A DNA stretch of 64,000 bases, from NCBI RefSeq assembly GCF_001194135.2, contig NC_068981.1:113470789-113534788 (forward strand). Reading direction: 5' to 3'. Of this stretch, positions 10,336 through 21,224 are shown in pieces. The stretch is from Octopus bimaculoides. Lineage: Eukaryota. Both the position numbers and the translations under genes were made by a program. A model generated the notes under the pieces. It searched no databases. It had not been told where the DNA came from and was given only the letters and a program-made list of their open reading frames with translations. The stretch's first letter is position 1; each line of letters opens with the position of its first letter.

Positions 10336-13300
10336 GGTGTACCCCGATGTCTGGGATACATTTTAACCCCACAGTCTCTGTAATTCAATAGCTAGGTCCT
10401 GGAACTTTGCTATTTTTTCTAAACCTCTCATATTGATTTTCTCATCATTTGGGACTGTAAAGTCAATTATCTGTCACTTTCTATTCTCTTTATCTACTAC
10501 TACTAAATCAGGCTCTATCATTCTGTCAGTCTGAATGTTAAAGTCCCACAACATCGTATATTTCTTACTTTCTAGTACTTTACTAGGTTCATGTTCATAC
10601 CATTTGTCAGTATGTTCAAATCCCAGTTTTCTACATAACTCCCAGAGGATTATTCTCCCTAGGTTATCATGTCTTTTCTTTCCTCTTTTGACCTACATTG
10701 GGAATCTACTTGTTTTTTATCGATCTTGGCTTTTATCCAATTAGTCCTCAATGCTTGATCTTCTGCTGCTAACAAACTTCCTGTCTCCCTCTTCAGCATT
10801 CCTTTCTGAAAGCATAACCATGTCTCACTACTACCATTTGCTGCAACTATATTTGGAAATCTACCATGCAAAGCCTTCTCTTGCTTGTCAGATAATCTTT
10901 CACCTTTATCTGGTTTTTAACTTCACTTGGCTTTTTGGCTTCCCTGTCTCCTACTATGACTCTAGTAGCTCTTAATAAACCTTCTTCACTATTACCTACA
11001 TAGGAGGCTATATCTACTTTAGCTAACTCCACGCAGTCTTCTGCTGATATTAATCCTCTTCCACCTTCCTTTCTAGGTAAGTATAAATTTGCCACTCCTG
11101 CCCTTCATTCATATTGAATTCATTCCTAGTTCTTCTGTTTAGCTTTGCTCCCTCTAGTCATTCAGTTTTCGTCCAATCTACAAAAGCTGCTGAGTATCTA
11201 AGTAATGATACTGCCCAAGTATTTACAGCCTTCAATAAATTCGGACCATTTAGCTTTGACTTTATTAACTTCCTCACCTTTCTCATGTACTCCTTCTCAA
11301 TTTTCGTTTTCATTTTTATGGTTAGTACTCTGTCAGATTCTTGATACTTATGACACTCTCCTTCTTTCGATGATTTTAATGTCTGGCCATCTAGTAATTG
11401 AATGCCTTCACTGTTGACAACCTGTCCTCTTCTCATAACTAATATTGCACACTTATCTATGCTAAATTCCATGCCTATATCTTTGCTGAAGAGTTTAACA
11501 GTCTATATTAAGGAATTTATCTTTTTTTCATTCTTACTAAAAAAAACTTGAGATTATCCACGTAGAGCAAAAGGTCAATTTTTCCCTTACTATTTCTGAG
11601 CTGGCTCCCTTCCTTTGCCTTTCTTAATACCAAACTGAGGGAGATCAAACATATGGCAAATATTAAAGTGGATTACGAGTCCCCGTGGAAAATTCCTCTC
11701 TTGATATTAACTTCCCCTTAGAGTGTGTCACCTGAATAGAGACTTTCCATTTCTTCATGCTATAGCAAATGAATTCTCTTATGAATATACTCAAACACCC
11801 TCTTATCCAAGGTGTGGTATCATGTCATAGGCTTTCCTATAATCTATCCATGCTATTGTTAGATTTTTCTTTCTAGCTTTTACTTCATTTAGAACTGCTT
11901 TGTCTATGTATAATAAATCATGCATTCCTCTAGCCTTCTTCCTGCAACCTTTCTATCCTTCTGACAGTAAATTCTGGTTGTCAAGTTGCTCGAAAATGCT
12001 CTCTGAAAATATTCCTGTAAACAGCTTTCACACTAATGTTAAGCAAGTGATTGGTCTACAATTGCTAGCTGTACTACCTTTACTTTTATCTTTCATAAGG
12101 AGTATTGTTCTCCTTCTAGTCATCCAGTCTGGTATTATTCCTCCATTAAAGCAATCCTGAGGTTATTCTCCCACCCTCCCATGTAAACTACTCAATTTTT
12201 TTTAACCAGTACCCTTGAACTAAATCCGGTTCTGGTCCCTTCCAGTTCGGTATTTTTCCTAACACTTTACTCATTAATGCACAGGTTAGTATTAGATCTG
12301 GCTGCTTCTCACTCATTACTTCTTCCCTCACTTTCTTTAACCATCTTGCATCTCTATTATGATTGACTGGCTTATCCCAAATATTACTCCAAAAATGTCT
12401 AGCTTCCCCTGCATTAGGTTTCTCATCTTCAGTACTTCGTTTTCCACTATTTATTTGGTCATAAAATCTCCTCCGGCCTGTCTCAAATAATCTATTCTGT
12501 TGATACTGATCTATTCTTCTCTGATATCCGGAGAGCTTGCCTGCTACTGCTATGATACGCTGTTTCAACTCTTTTATTACTGTCCCAAATCCTTTCTCTT
12601 TGACTAAGTATATTTTCTCGAGGGAAGATTTGCATCTTGTTTCCTATCATTCTTGTTTTCCAGGCTTCTATTCTACTTGGATAATGTCTTAAAGTCTTCA
12701 CTTTATTTTTAGTCTCCTTCTCCACATTTGTTCTTTTTTAGTCTTTCTCTGTGAAATATCTAATCTTCTGGTGACTACTACCCCTCCTGCATAGATCAAT
12801 AAGTTAGTGACTCTTATAAGTTAGTCTCTCCTACTGATAACAGAATCTACTTTCCTAGTAATTTCTGGCGGCTTCCTTCTATTGATACCTTTTAATGCTG
12901 GTAATCTTTTTCTCACTTCTTTACTCATTGCTTCCTGCATTTCATCTAAAATCTAAGTTGTTGGTGCCAGTTGTCCCTTCCTTATTGGTAGCACTATTAT
13001 TATTCTTTCTTTTAGGTTCTTCCTTGGTTTGAGCTGTAACTCTTATGTTGTTGTTTGTCTTTCCTACTGCCTGGTTTTTCTTTTCCAATTCTCTTGTGAT
13101 CTCTTCTACCTTTAATTCTGTCATCTACTTTCTTCGCCTAATAGTATTAGCTAGATCAACTAATCTCTTCTCAGTCACTTTAAACATACCCTTCTCTACC
13201 CGAAGTGTTAGCATCCGTTTTCTATAGCCCCTTCTTTTAGGTTCACTTTCTAAGTAGCACTGCATCACTATCCTGTTTTCTTCGCTGGTCTACTTTCCCC

Positions 13301-13460
13301 TCCTTTCTATATCATCTGCTGATGTTGTATTAGGATAACAGCTTTGGTCAGTTTGCATCTTCCCTTAAAGGTCCAACCTCATTTTCGCTGTTACAATCAG
13401 AGTTCCTTTGGAAACTCTTGTCTCTCATAAACTGAGGCAAGGTAACGTTCATCACCATCG
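10336..13460 (-). mobile_element. R4/Dong-like RLE LINE, near full length, 3'-truncated within the RLE
   Basis: ORF pieces ...RRIDQYQQNRLF...KIPNWKGPEPDLVQGYWLKK; MEFSIDKCAIL; LYLPRKEGGRGL; ETGSLLAAEDQALRTNW; decayed. Confidence 0.9.
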
Positions 13461-13799
13461 CCATCACCGCTATCATTTTTCGACATCTGAAAGGTTCAAG
13501 CAACTTTCTATTGCATCCTTTGTTGCACCTTCGTGCTGGCGGCGTGGTGAGCGCTCGATCTTATTTTTGTTTTTTGTGGGGAGGATATTGTATTGTATCA
13601 GTACGTTTTGTTATAGGGGTTTGGTTTGAGTCTTCTGTTGTATTAGTTTTTAGATTGTGTGTTTTTTGTGCAGCGCAGGTTGTGTTCTTCAGTGGTTAAA
13701 AAAATACATAAAAAATAAAATAAATTTAAAAAATAAAAAAAAATGAAAATTTAATTATTATTTAACTTTACTTAAAAAGAAAAGAAAATTTCAAACAGT

Positions 13800-14036
13800 A
13801 CACCAAATCACTTGTCCAATGGTTATAATGGAAGCGCGCCTGTCAGGAAGCTGTCAGCCTGACGACGAAAAATGTTCAAATGGCAGAATATCTTACCCGA
13901 ATACGAACCTGGAAGGTCACTTAAACGGGATTTGTACCAAATTAAGCCCCCAAAGTTCACCACCACAACGACCACAAAATCAAAAATGTAAAAGAACTAA
14001 ATGGAACCGGGAAGAATATAAAGAAGTAATATACGC
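13800..14036 (+). mobile_element. 5' ORF start of an R4-like LINE, followed by (TCT)n(TAT)n at 14037-14163 and a gap
   Basis: RTKWNREEYKEVIYA resembles the N-terminal R4 ORF motif. Confidence 0.55.
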
Positions 14037-14089
14037 TTCTTCTTCTTCTTCTTCTTCTTCTTCTTCTTCTTCTTCTTCTGCTTCTTCTT

Positions 14090-14163
<74 letters not shown>

Positions 14164-14931
14164 NNNNNNNNNNNNNNNNNNNNNNNNNNNNNNNNNNNNN
14201 NNNNNNNNNNNNNNNNNNNNNNNNNNNNNNNNNNNNNNNNNNNNNNNNNNNNNNNNNNNNNNNNNNNNNNNNNNNNNNNNNNNNNNNNNNNNNNNNNNNN
14301 NNNNNNNNNNNNNNNNNNNNNNNNNNNNNNNNNNNNNNNNNNNNNNNNNNNNNNNNNNNNNNNNNNNNNNNNNNNNNNNNNNNNNNNNNNNNNNNNNNNN
14401 NNNNNNNNNNNNNNNNNNNNNNNNNNNNNNNNNNNNNNNNNNNNNNNNNNNNNNNNNNNNNNNNNNNNNNNNNNNNNNNNNNNNNNNNNNNNNNNNNNNN
14501 NNNNNNNNNNNNNNNNNNNNNNNNNNNNNNNNNNNNNNNNNNNNNNNNNNNNNNNNNNNNNNNNNNNNNNNNNNNNNNNNNNNNNNNNNNNNNNNNNNNN
14601 NNNNNNNNNNNNNNNNNNNNNNNNNNNNNNNNNNNNNNNNNNNNNNNNNNNNNNNNNNNNNNNNNNNNNNNNNNNNNNNNNNNNNNNNNNNNNNNNNNNN
14701 NNNNNNNNNNNNNNNNNNNNNNNNNNNNNNNNNNNNNNNNNNNNNNNNNNNNNNNNNNNNNNNNNNNNNNNNNNNNNNNNNNNNNNNNNNNNNNNNNNNN
14801 NNNNNNNNNNNNNNNNNNNNNNNNNNNNNNNNNNNNNNNNNNNNNNNNNNNNNNNNNNNNNNNNNNNNNNNNNNNNNNNNNNNNNNNNNNNNNNNNNNNN
14901 NNNNNNNNNNNNNNNNNNNNNNNNNNNNNNN
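14164..14931. other. Assembly gap (others at about 16823, 19950, 20621, 26333, 35790, 39080, 44921 and 61086)
   Basis: N runs, mostly abutting microsatellites or inverted repeats. Confidence 1.
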
Positions 14932-15062
14932 TGGTAATTTCTGTTGGGGAGGCTTTGGTCTTGTGCAGCAATTAAAAATCCTTCAGTCTCTGCTTTGAGT
15001 CCTGAGCTTCTCAGCCATTGCTGGGATTTTTCTGTCTATTTCTTTCGCATTTAGTTTAACCC

Positions 15063-15065
<3 letters not shown>
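14932..15065 (-). mobile_element. R4-like LINE fragment
   Basis: One frame reads WLRSSGLKAETEGFLIAAQDQSLPNRNY. Confidence 0.8.
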
Positions 15066-15137
<72 letters not shown>

Positions 15138-16453
15138 GTTATTATTATTATTATCTCTTTATCACAAGCTTTGTTGGAGCTCCTGGAGTCTTACATGCGT
15201 AGCGGGTTTACTACCTGCAGCCTACGGTACCATGCTATTGTTCTTTTCGGCTATCTAATACTTTCCTGATTATTCTGGCCGTGCCTAGGAGGCAAACTTT
15301 TGTAACAATTCTACTGGGCGCTCTATTCCAATTTCCTTTATATTCCCCTTGATGCCTTCTGATACTGTTCCAAGGATTCAACAATAATTGACACTAACTT
15401 CACTTTCTTTATTTTCCAAGCCGGGCTATTTCGTACTTAAGAGGGTTGTATCTATCTACATTTTCGCCTTCTTTCTTGACTTTTCGTGGGTCAAAAGGGC
15501 ATGCAACATCAACTATATAGCATATGTGGTGCACCGTGTCAGCGACCACTAGGTCCGGTCTATTATGCTCTAGCATCTGATCTATTTGGATTGGGAGATT
15601 CCAGAGGATTTTGCTAGACTCTGACTCTGTCACTCTGAGGTTTGTGCTCATACTACGTCTTGCCTCTCTCTAGCCCCCACTTCTCGCACTGTTGTGGCTA
15701 CATGGAATTGATTGTGTAGTCCCTTCTTGCGTAATTCTTCTTCATGCCCGTTTTGTACTTTCTTTGTTTTCCATTTTTTCTCTGCTCTCAATACTCCCCC
15801 GTTCCTGACTGTCACTAGCAAGGTTTCCTTACTTTGGGCTAGGTATCTCATTAAACTCTCGAGTTCGATAGGCACGCAGTCTTCCACGCTTACCAGTCTC
15901 CTTCCTCCATTTGCTCACTTCATACATAGGCGATTAGTGTCTGCACGTGAATGATGAGCTCCATGCATCGTTAGGAACTCTCTTGACTTTCTGTCCATCT
16001 CCTTTAGCTCCTCCTCTGTCCACCTCAGGATTTCAGCTCCATGCCGAGCTACTGCGACTGCGCGCAAGTTTATTGTCGAAATTATGTTTCTGACATTCAG
16101 CTTTGAAGTCAATATTTTTCTCATTCACCGCAGGTTCTCTTTTTTTTTGTCACGGTGTTTGATTCCATCTGCGTCAAGTATTCCCAGGTATTTATAGCTG
16201 GATTGAAGTTGAATTGCCTTCATCAATTCACTACTTGGTAACCATATGCCTTCTATCCTAGCAAGCTTTCCTTGTCTCATCACCATCGTAGCACATTTTG
16301 AGAGTCTAAACTCCATCTTAATATCATTGGAGAAAATCCGCACAGACTGTCCTAGGCTGTTCAGTGTTTGTGAATAGCTTCAGATCGTCCATGAATAGCA
16401 AGTGATTTAATTTTCCCTTACCTCTTCTCAGATCATACCTCAAATTTGTTTTC

Positions 16454-17684
16454 AGTATATAGATATAGGGCAGAGAATTGCCAATTAGTTAATAAAATTA
16501 ATAATTAACAATTTTGCCAAGTAGTTCAGTATGCAAAAAACCTTTATCGGTAAACCATTTATAATTATAAACATATAGGGATCAGCATGAGTTGCTTCAC
16601 CAGCATACTGAAAATTTAGAAATAGCAGTCAAAGAACTACTAATTCTAACTACAATTTTTTCTCCAACAGATGGCGATATTTATGGCACGCATAGAACAA
16701 AACAGAAGAGAAAATAAAACGAAAACAAACCTGCCGTTAGTTAATCATGTACGACGTTTCGTGATTAGAATATAAAATTCTTTTCCACTCATCAGCATGA
16801 TATAAAAAATAAATCTGAAAATNNNNNNNNNNNNNNNNNNNNNNNNNNNNNNNNNNNNNNNNNNNNNNNNNNNNNNNNNNNNNNNNNNNNNNNNNNNNNN
16901 NNNNNNNNNNNNNNNNNNNNNNNNNNNNNNNNNNNNNNNNNNNNNNNNNNNNNNNNNNNNNNNNNNNNNNNNNNNNNNNNNNNNNNNNNNNNNNNNNNNN
17001 NNNNNNNNNNNNNNNNNNNNNNNNNNNNNNNNNNNNNNNNNNNNNNNNNNNNNNNNNNNNNNNNNNNNNNAGTATATAGATATAGGGCAGAGAATTGCCA
17101 ATTAGTTAATAAAATTAATAATTAACAATTTTGCCAAGTAGTTCAGTATGCATTTACCGATAAAGGTTTTTTGCATACTGAACTACTTGGCAAAATTGTT
17201 AATTATTAATTTTATTAACTAATTGGCAATTCTCTGCCCTATATCTATATATTGATGGTCTTCTCTTGGATGGTTAAACTGCAGTCTTTTCTGCGGGACT
17301 ATTTGTGACGCACATGGGATAATTTTGAGGAGGGATACGGAACTCACTAGTCGATAAATTTGTGGATGTTTTTTTCTGATGTGATATTTGATGTCGCATG
17401 GTCAGATATGCATGAGTATATTAGCATTTTCAGATTTATTTTTTATATCATGCTGGTGAGAGGAAAAGAATTTTATATTCTAATCACGAAACGTCGTACA
17501 TGATTAACTAACGGCAGGTTTGTTTTCGTTTTATTTTCTCTTCTGTTTTGTTCTATGTGTGCCATAAATATCGCCATCCGTTGGAGAAAAAATTGTAGTT
17601 AGAATTAGTAGTTCTTTGACTGCTATTTCTAAAGTTTCAGTATGTTGGTGAAGCAACTCATGCTGATCCCTATATGTTTATAAT
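16454..17684. mobile_element. Non-autonomous foldback hammerhead element with 13-bp target-site duplication
   Basis: CAAATTTGTTTTC at 16441-16453 and 17685-17697; arm 16564-16822 is inverted at about 17427-17684. Confidence 0.9.
16744..16801 (-). ncRNA. Type I hammerhead ribozyme, intact core
   Basis: ATCATG-CTGATGA-GTGG..AGAAT/ATTCT..TCAC-GAAAC-GTC-GTA^CATGAT. The inverted twin at 17447-17504 (+) has CTGGTGA and a stem II mismatch. Confidence 0.85.
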
Positions 17685-18559
17685 CAAATTTGTTTTCTGT
17701 AGCATTTCACTCAAGGGGATCATTCCCAGCACGAATATCAGTGGGAACATACTGTCTCCCTGGAAGATTCCTCTCTTGATTTTCACCTCTCCTAGTACTC
17801 ACTTCCCTGCTGTCAATTCCGTTCTCCAGTATTTCATGCTATTCCATATAAGGCGTCTCATATTCTCTGCTACGCCATACATTTCCATTGTTCTTATTAT
17901 CCATGAGTGTGGTATCATATGCTTTGCGATAGTCAACCCATACCATGCTCAGATTTCTATGTATTCTCTTGCAGTTTCTGATAAGTAAATTATCAATTAA
18001 GAGCTGATCCTTCGTGTTCTCCGGCTCCTTTTTCGACACCCTTTCTGTTCAATGGGTAGCAGTCCACTTTTTTTAAAGTATCTGTACAACTCACCGGCCA
18101 GAGCAGCTGACATTAGCTTCCACATTAGCGGAAGGCATGTTATTGGCCTAAAGTTGGATGCAACATTTCTCTTTTTAGGATTCTTGGCACATAATGTCTT
18201 TCCCTTTGTCATCCAGTTGGGTATTGTGTCTACCTGCAAGGACTCATCTAGCTGTTGAGCTATTTTTGTCTGGAGCCCTCTCAGCTTCTTCATCAAAATA
18301 ACCTTGGACCCCATCCGGTTCTGGGCTTTTCCAATTTGGGAATTTTCTTAACTGCTTCTTTATCATTTCTGTAGTTATCTTTATGCACGTGGTGTGACGG
18401 TATTCTTGTCTCTTTTGGCAGTATTGATTTTGAATCTTTTTGTTTTGATAATATAAATGTCAAAGATACGAAGTCCAGTATTTAAGCACTTAGTAACTGG
18501 GTGTGCTAACTTTATTTCACTAAAGAATGGAGGTAGGGCTTAAATATTGAACGTTGTAC

Positions 18560-18810
18560 ATTTGACCTTTACATTGTCAAAGCAAAAGGTCTGGTTTTTT
18601 AAGGCGTCTAGAAACTTTCCTCAGAAGGTCCCGCTCTTTAATGCAAGCGGATCACTGGAATTGTATTTTAGAAACAGAACGTTTTTGTGAGGCTAGCGCT
18701 TAAGAGAAGAGAGGGAAGAAGCCTCGAAAACCAGCTCAGAAGTGTTCAACTCTATCACAGGTGCCGGCCGGATTGCTCCAATGTGCCTGTATGGACATGA
18801 AGCAACCGCA
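18560..18810 (+). mobile_element. Tx1/L1-like AP-endonuclease fragment
   Basis: Similar to the reverse complement of 62640-62830. Confidence 0.6.
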
Positions 18811-18867
18811 GTAATATACATGTGTGTGTGTGTATAAACATCTGTGTATATAAACATCTGGGTGCAA

Positions 18868-19460
18868 TATGAAGGAAAAATTTTATCGTCACTAATTGTG
18901 ACTGAGTGTTTCGAAGCACCTACATTGCAAAAAATAAGAGTTAAAAACTTCTAAAGATATAAGAAGCGCGCAAATATCTACTGACATGGGAGATAACCGC
19001 CTCATGGGATCACTAGACTAGACTAGTTTCGCCTATCAGTCGTAGGTTCGTCAGTGGTAACTACTCAAACGTTCGATGGTTTGGCCAAATCAGGTTGTCT
19101 GTATATATATTTTTACCATAAATTTTATGGCTGATTTAGCGAAATGCTAAATCGTATATCAAAAATTATTATAAATAGCTGGGCACTTTATAATACCGTA
19201 AAGGAAAAATTTGATCGTCACAAATTGTGATTGAGGTTGCCGAAGCGCCTATATTGCGAAAAGTAAGTTAAAATCTCTTAATGTTGATAGGCGAAACTAG
19301 TCTAGTCTAGTGATGCTGGAGATGCTCATGGGGCAGTTATCTCTCCTGTCTGTATATATATTGCGTGCTTCTGACAACATTATGTGTTGTTAACTCTTAT
19401 CTTTTGCAATATAGGTGCTTCGGCACTCTAAGTCACAATTAGTGACAATAAAACTTTTCT
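18868..19460 (-). mobile_element. About 330-bp unit hammerhead element: 1.2 tandem copies plus an inverted partial copy
   Basis: 18870-18945 repeats at about 19200-19273; 18870-19038 is inverted at about 19285-19460; HHR CTGACGA-ACCTA..TAGGC-GAAAC-TA-GTC at 19017-19058 with weak stem I. Confidence 0.8.
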
Positions 19461-19466
19461 TGCTTT

Positions 19467-19737
19467 TTTTCTCTCTCTCTGTCTCTCTCCCCCCTCTCTC
19501 TCTCTCTCACACACACACTCACACATGTACTCCATAATTTTGTTACTGCTGTTTTTTTGTAATAGAATAAGGATTTATCTAATATAATAAATGCGGAAAC
19601 TAATTCCTGTGTGTCAGTGTGTCGCACTTCAAGCCCCTTCTCTCACTTTTCCTTGACACTCCTACTATTGCTCTTGTTGAGGTGAGAGTAATAAAGTATA
19701 GAGTAATAGAGCATAAGGACGGTGAGGGTGGTGGTGA

Positions 19738-19771
<34 letters not shown>

Positions 19772-19880
19772 TGAGAGAAAGAAAAAGAGAAGAGGAAGAG
19801 AGACAAAGAAATTTAGGGAAAGTTGAAGATGTTTTTTATTAAAAGTAGTAGTATTGATGGTGGCAGTGCGAGTAATAGTA

Positions 19881-19949
<69 letters not shown>

Positions 19950-19977
19950 NNNNNNNNNNNNNNNNNNNNNNNNNNNN

Positions 19978-20025
<48 letters not shown>
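19467..20025. repeat. CT/CA and (AG)n microsatellite cluster, followed by GGT-rich low-complexity DNA to about 20340
   Basis: Seen directly. Confidence 0.9.
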
Positions 20026-20026
<1 letters not shown>

Positions 20027-21159
20027 AAGAGTGGGTATGTAAGAGAAAGAGGGACTGAACACTGAACTAACATGCTGAAGTAACATAGTGAAAGAACACA
20101 AATTTAGCCTTTTTGTGATGGTAATGAGGTGATAGTAAATAGTATGAGCTGTAGTTGTGATAGAGGCGGCGGTGATGGTGGTGTTTGTGGTGGTGAGGGG
20201 TAAAGTGAGAATAATCGATATGAAAGACAGCAGTGATGGTGATAGAAGGGAAGGCGGCCAAGTCAAAGGTATTGATGGCGGTGGCGATAGAAATCTGAAT
20301 GGTGTGTGTATGGCAGACGTGGTGGCGATGGTGGTGGTACTGTTGTTTATCATGCAGGTTTGCAATAAGTTCAAAGTTGATAAATTATATCATTATTTTG
20401 ATGAAAATTGTTCATTGCTTGAAAAATTTTGTTGAAGTTTAATAAAATTTGATATGTACTCAATGCATGAAGGGTTATTGTTGGGCCCAAGGCCTAATGA
20501 AGAGCCCTCCAAAGGAGCTATCTTAAAAGTCACCCGATAGGGCGGCTTTTAAGCTAGTTCAGTCATAAATACAAATTTAAATGATATTCTTCGATTGAAT
20601 TTGAAGTAACATAACGTATANNNNNNNNNNNNNNNNNNNNNNNNNNNNNNNNNNNNNNNNNNNNNNNNNNNNNNNNNNNNNNNNNNNNNNNNNNNNNNNN
20701 NNNNNNNNNNNNNNNNNNNNNNNNNNNNNNNNNNNNNNNTAACAGAATAAAAGAATATGCATACACACACAAAAACAGACATATCCATTATCCTTAAGCT
20801 TTCTATTTCTGAGAGGGCTGTAGTGATGCTGTTGTGACATATAGCGAGTTTGGGGCATTTAAACCTAGAGGAAACCATCCCTCTCCAGGTCTAAACACGA
20901 CTTATTCTTTCCAGCGAGAAAGAGGGAAAGAGAATATGAATTGGACTACAGCATTTAACACACACTCAGTCCCTTTCTCTTTCTGTATATATGTATAAAG
21001 TGATGGTATGCTGTCAACTTAATGTGACAGTCCCATGAAAGGGAAGAATGATACTGCTATTTAACCCTAGGAAACACCGTTTCCTGTTGGCCATGACATT
21101 TTCTGTGTCCTTATGTTTTCAAAGGGAGTGATAAGCACCTCTACCCAGCAAAGCCAGCA

Positions 21160-21202
21160 TCCAGAGACTAGTTTCAGAGTCATTGCTCATTATCAGTCTG
21201 GA
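21160..21202 (-). ncRNA. Degenerate type I hammerhead (G8A) just downstream of the Tx1 3' end
   Basis: TCCAGA-CTGATAA-TGAG..CTCT-GAAAC-TA-GTC^TCTGGA. Confidence 0.7.
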
Positions 21203-21224
21203 GTAGCATGGCTTGCTAGCTGAA

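Larger units (their letters stand above)
15155..18400 (-). mobile_element. R4/Dong-like LINE interrupted at 16454-17684; (TAA)n tail at 15066-15154
   Basis: RT (FQGDS.FPL.F; LLFMDDLKL) is continuous across the insertion once the TSD is removed; RLE HNRPDLVV...KY.PLKYEI; ends LLGTARIIRKVLD. Confidence 0.9.
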
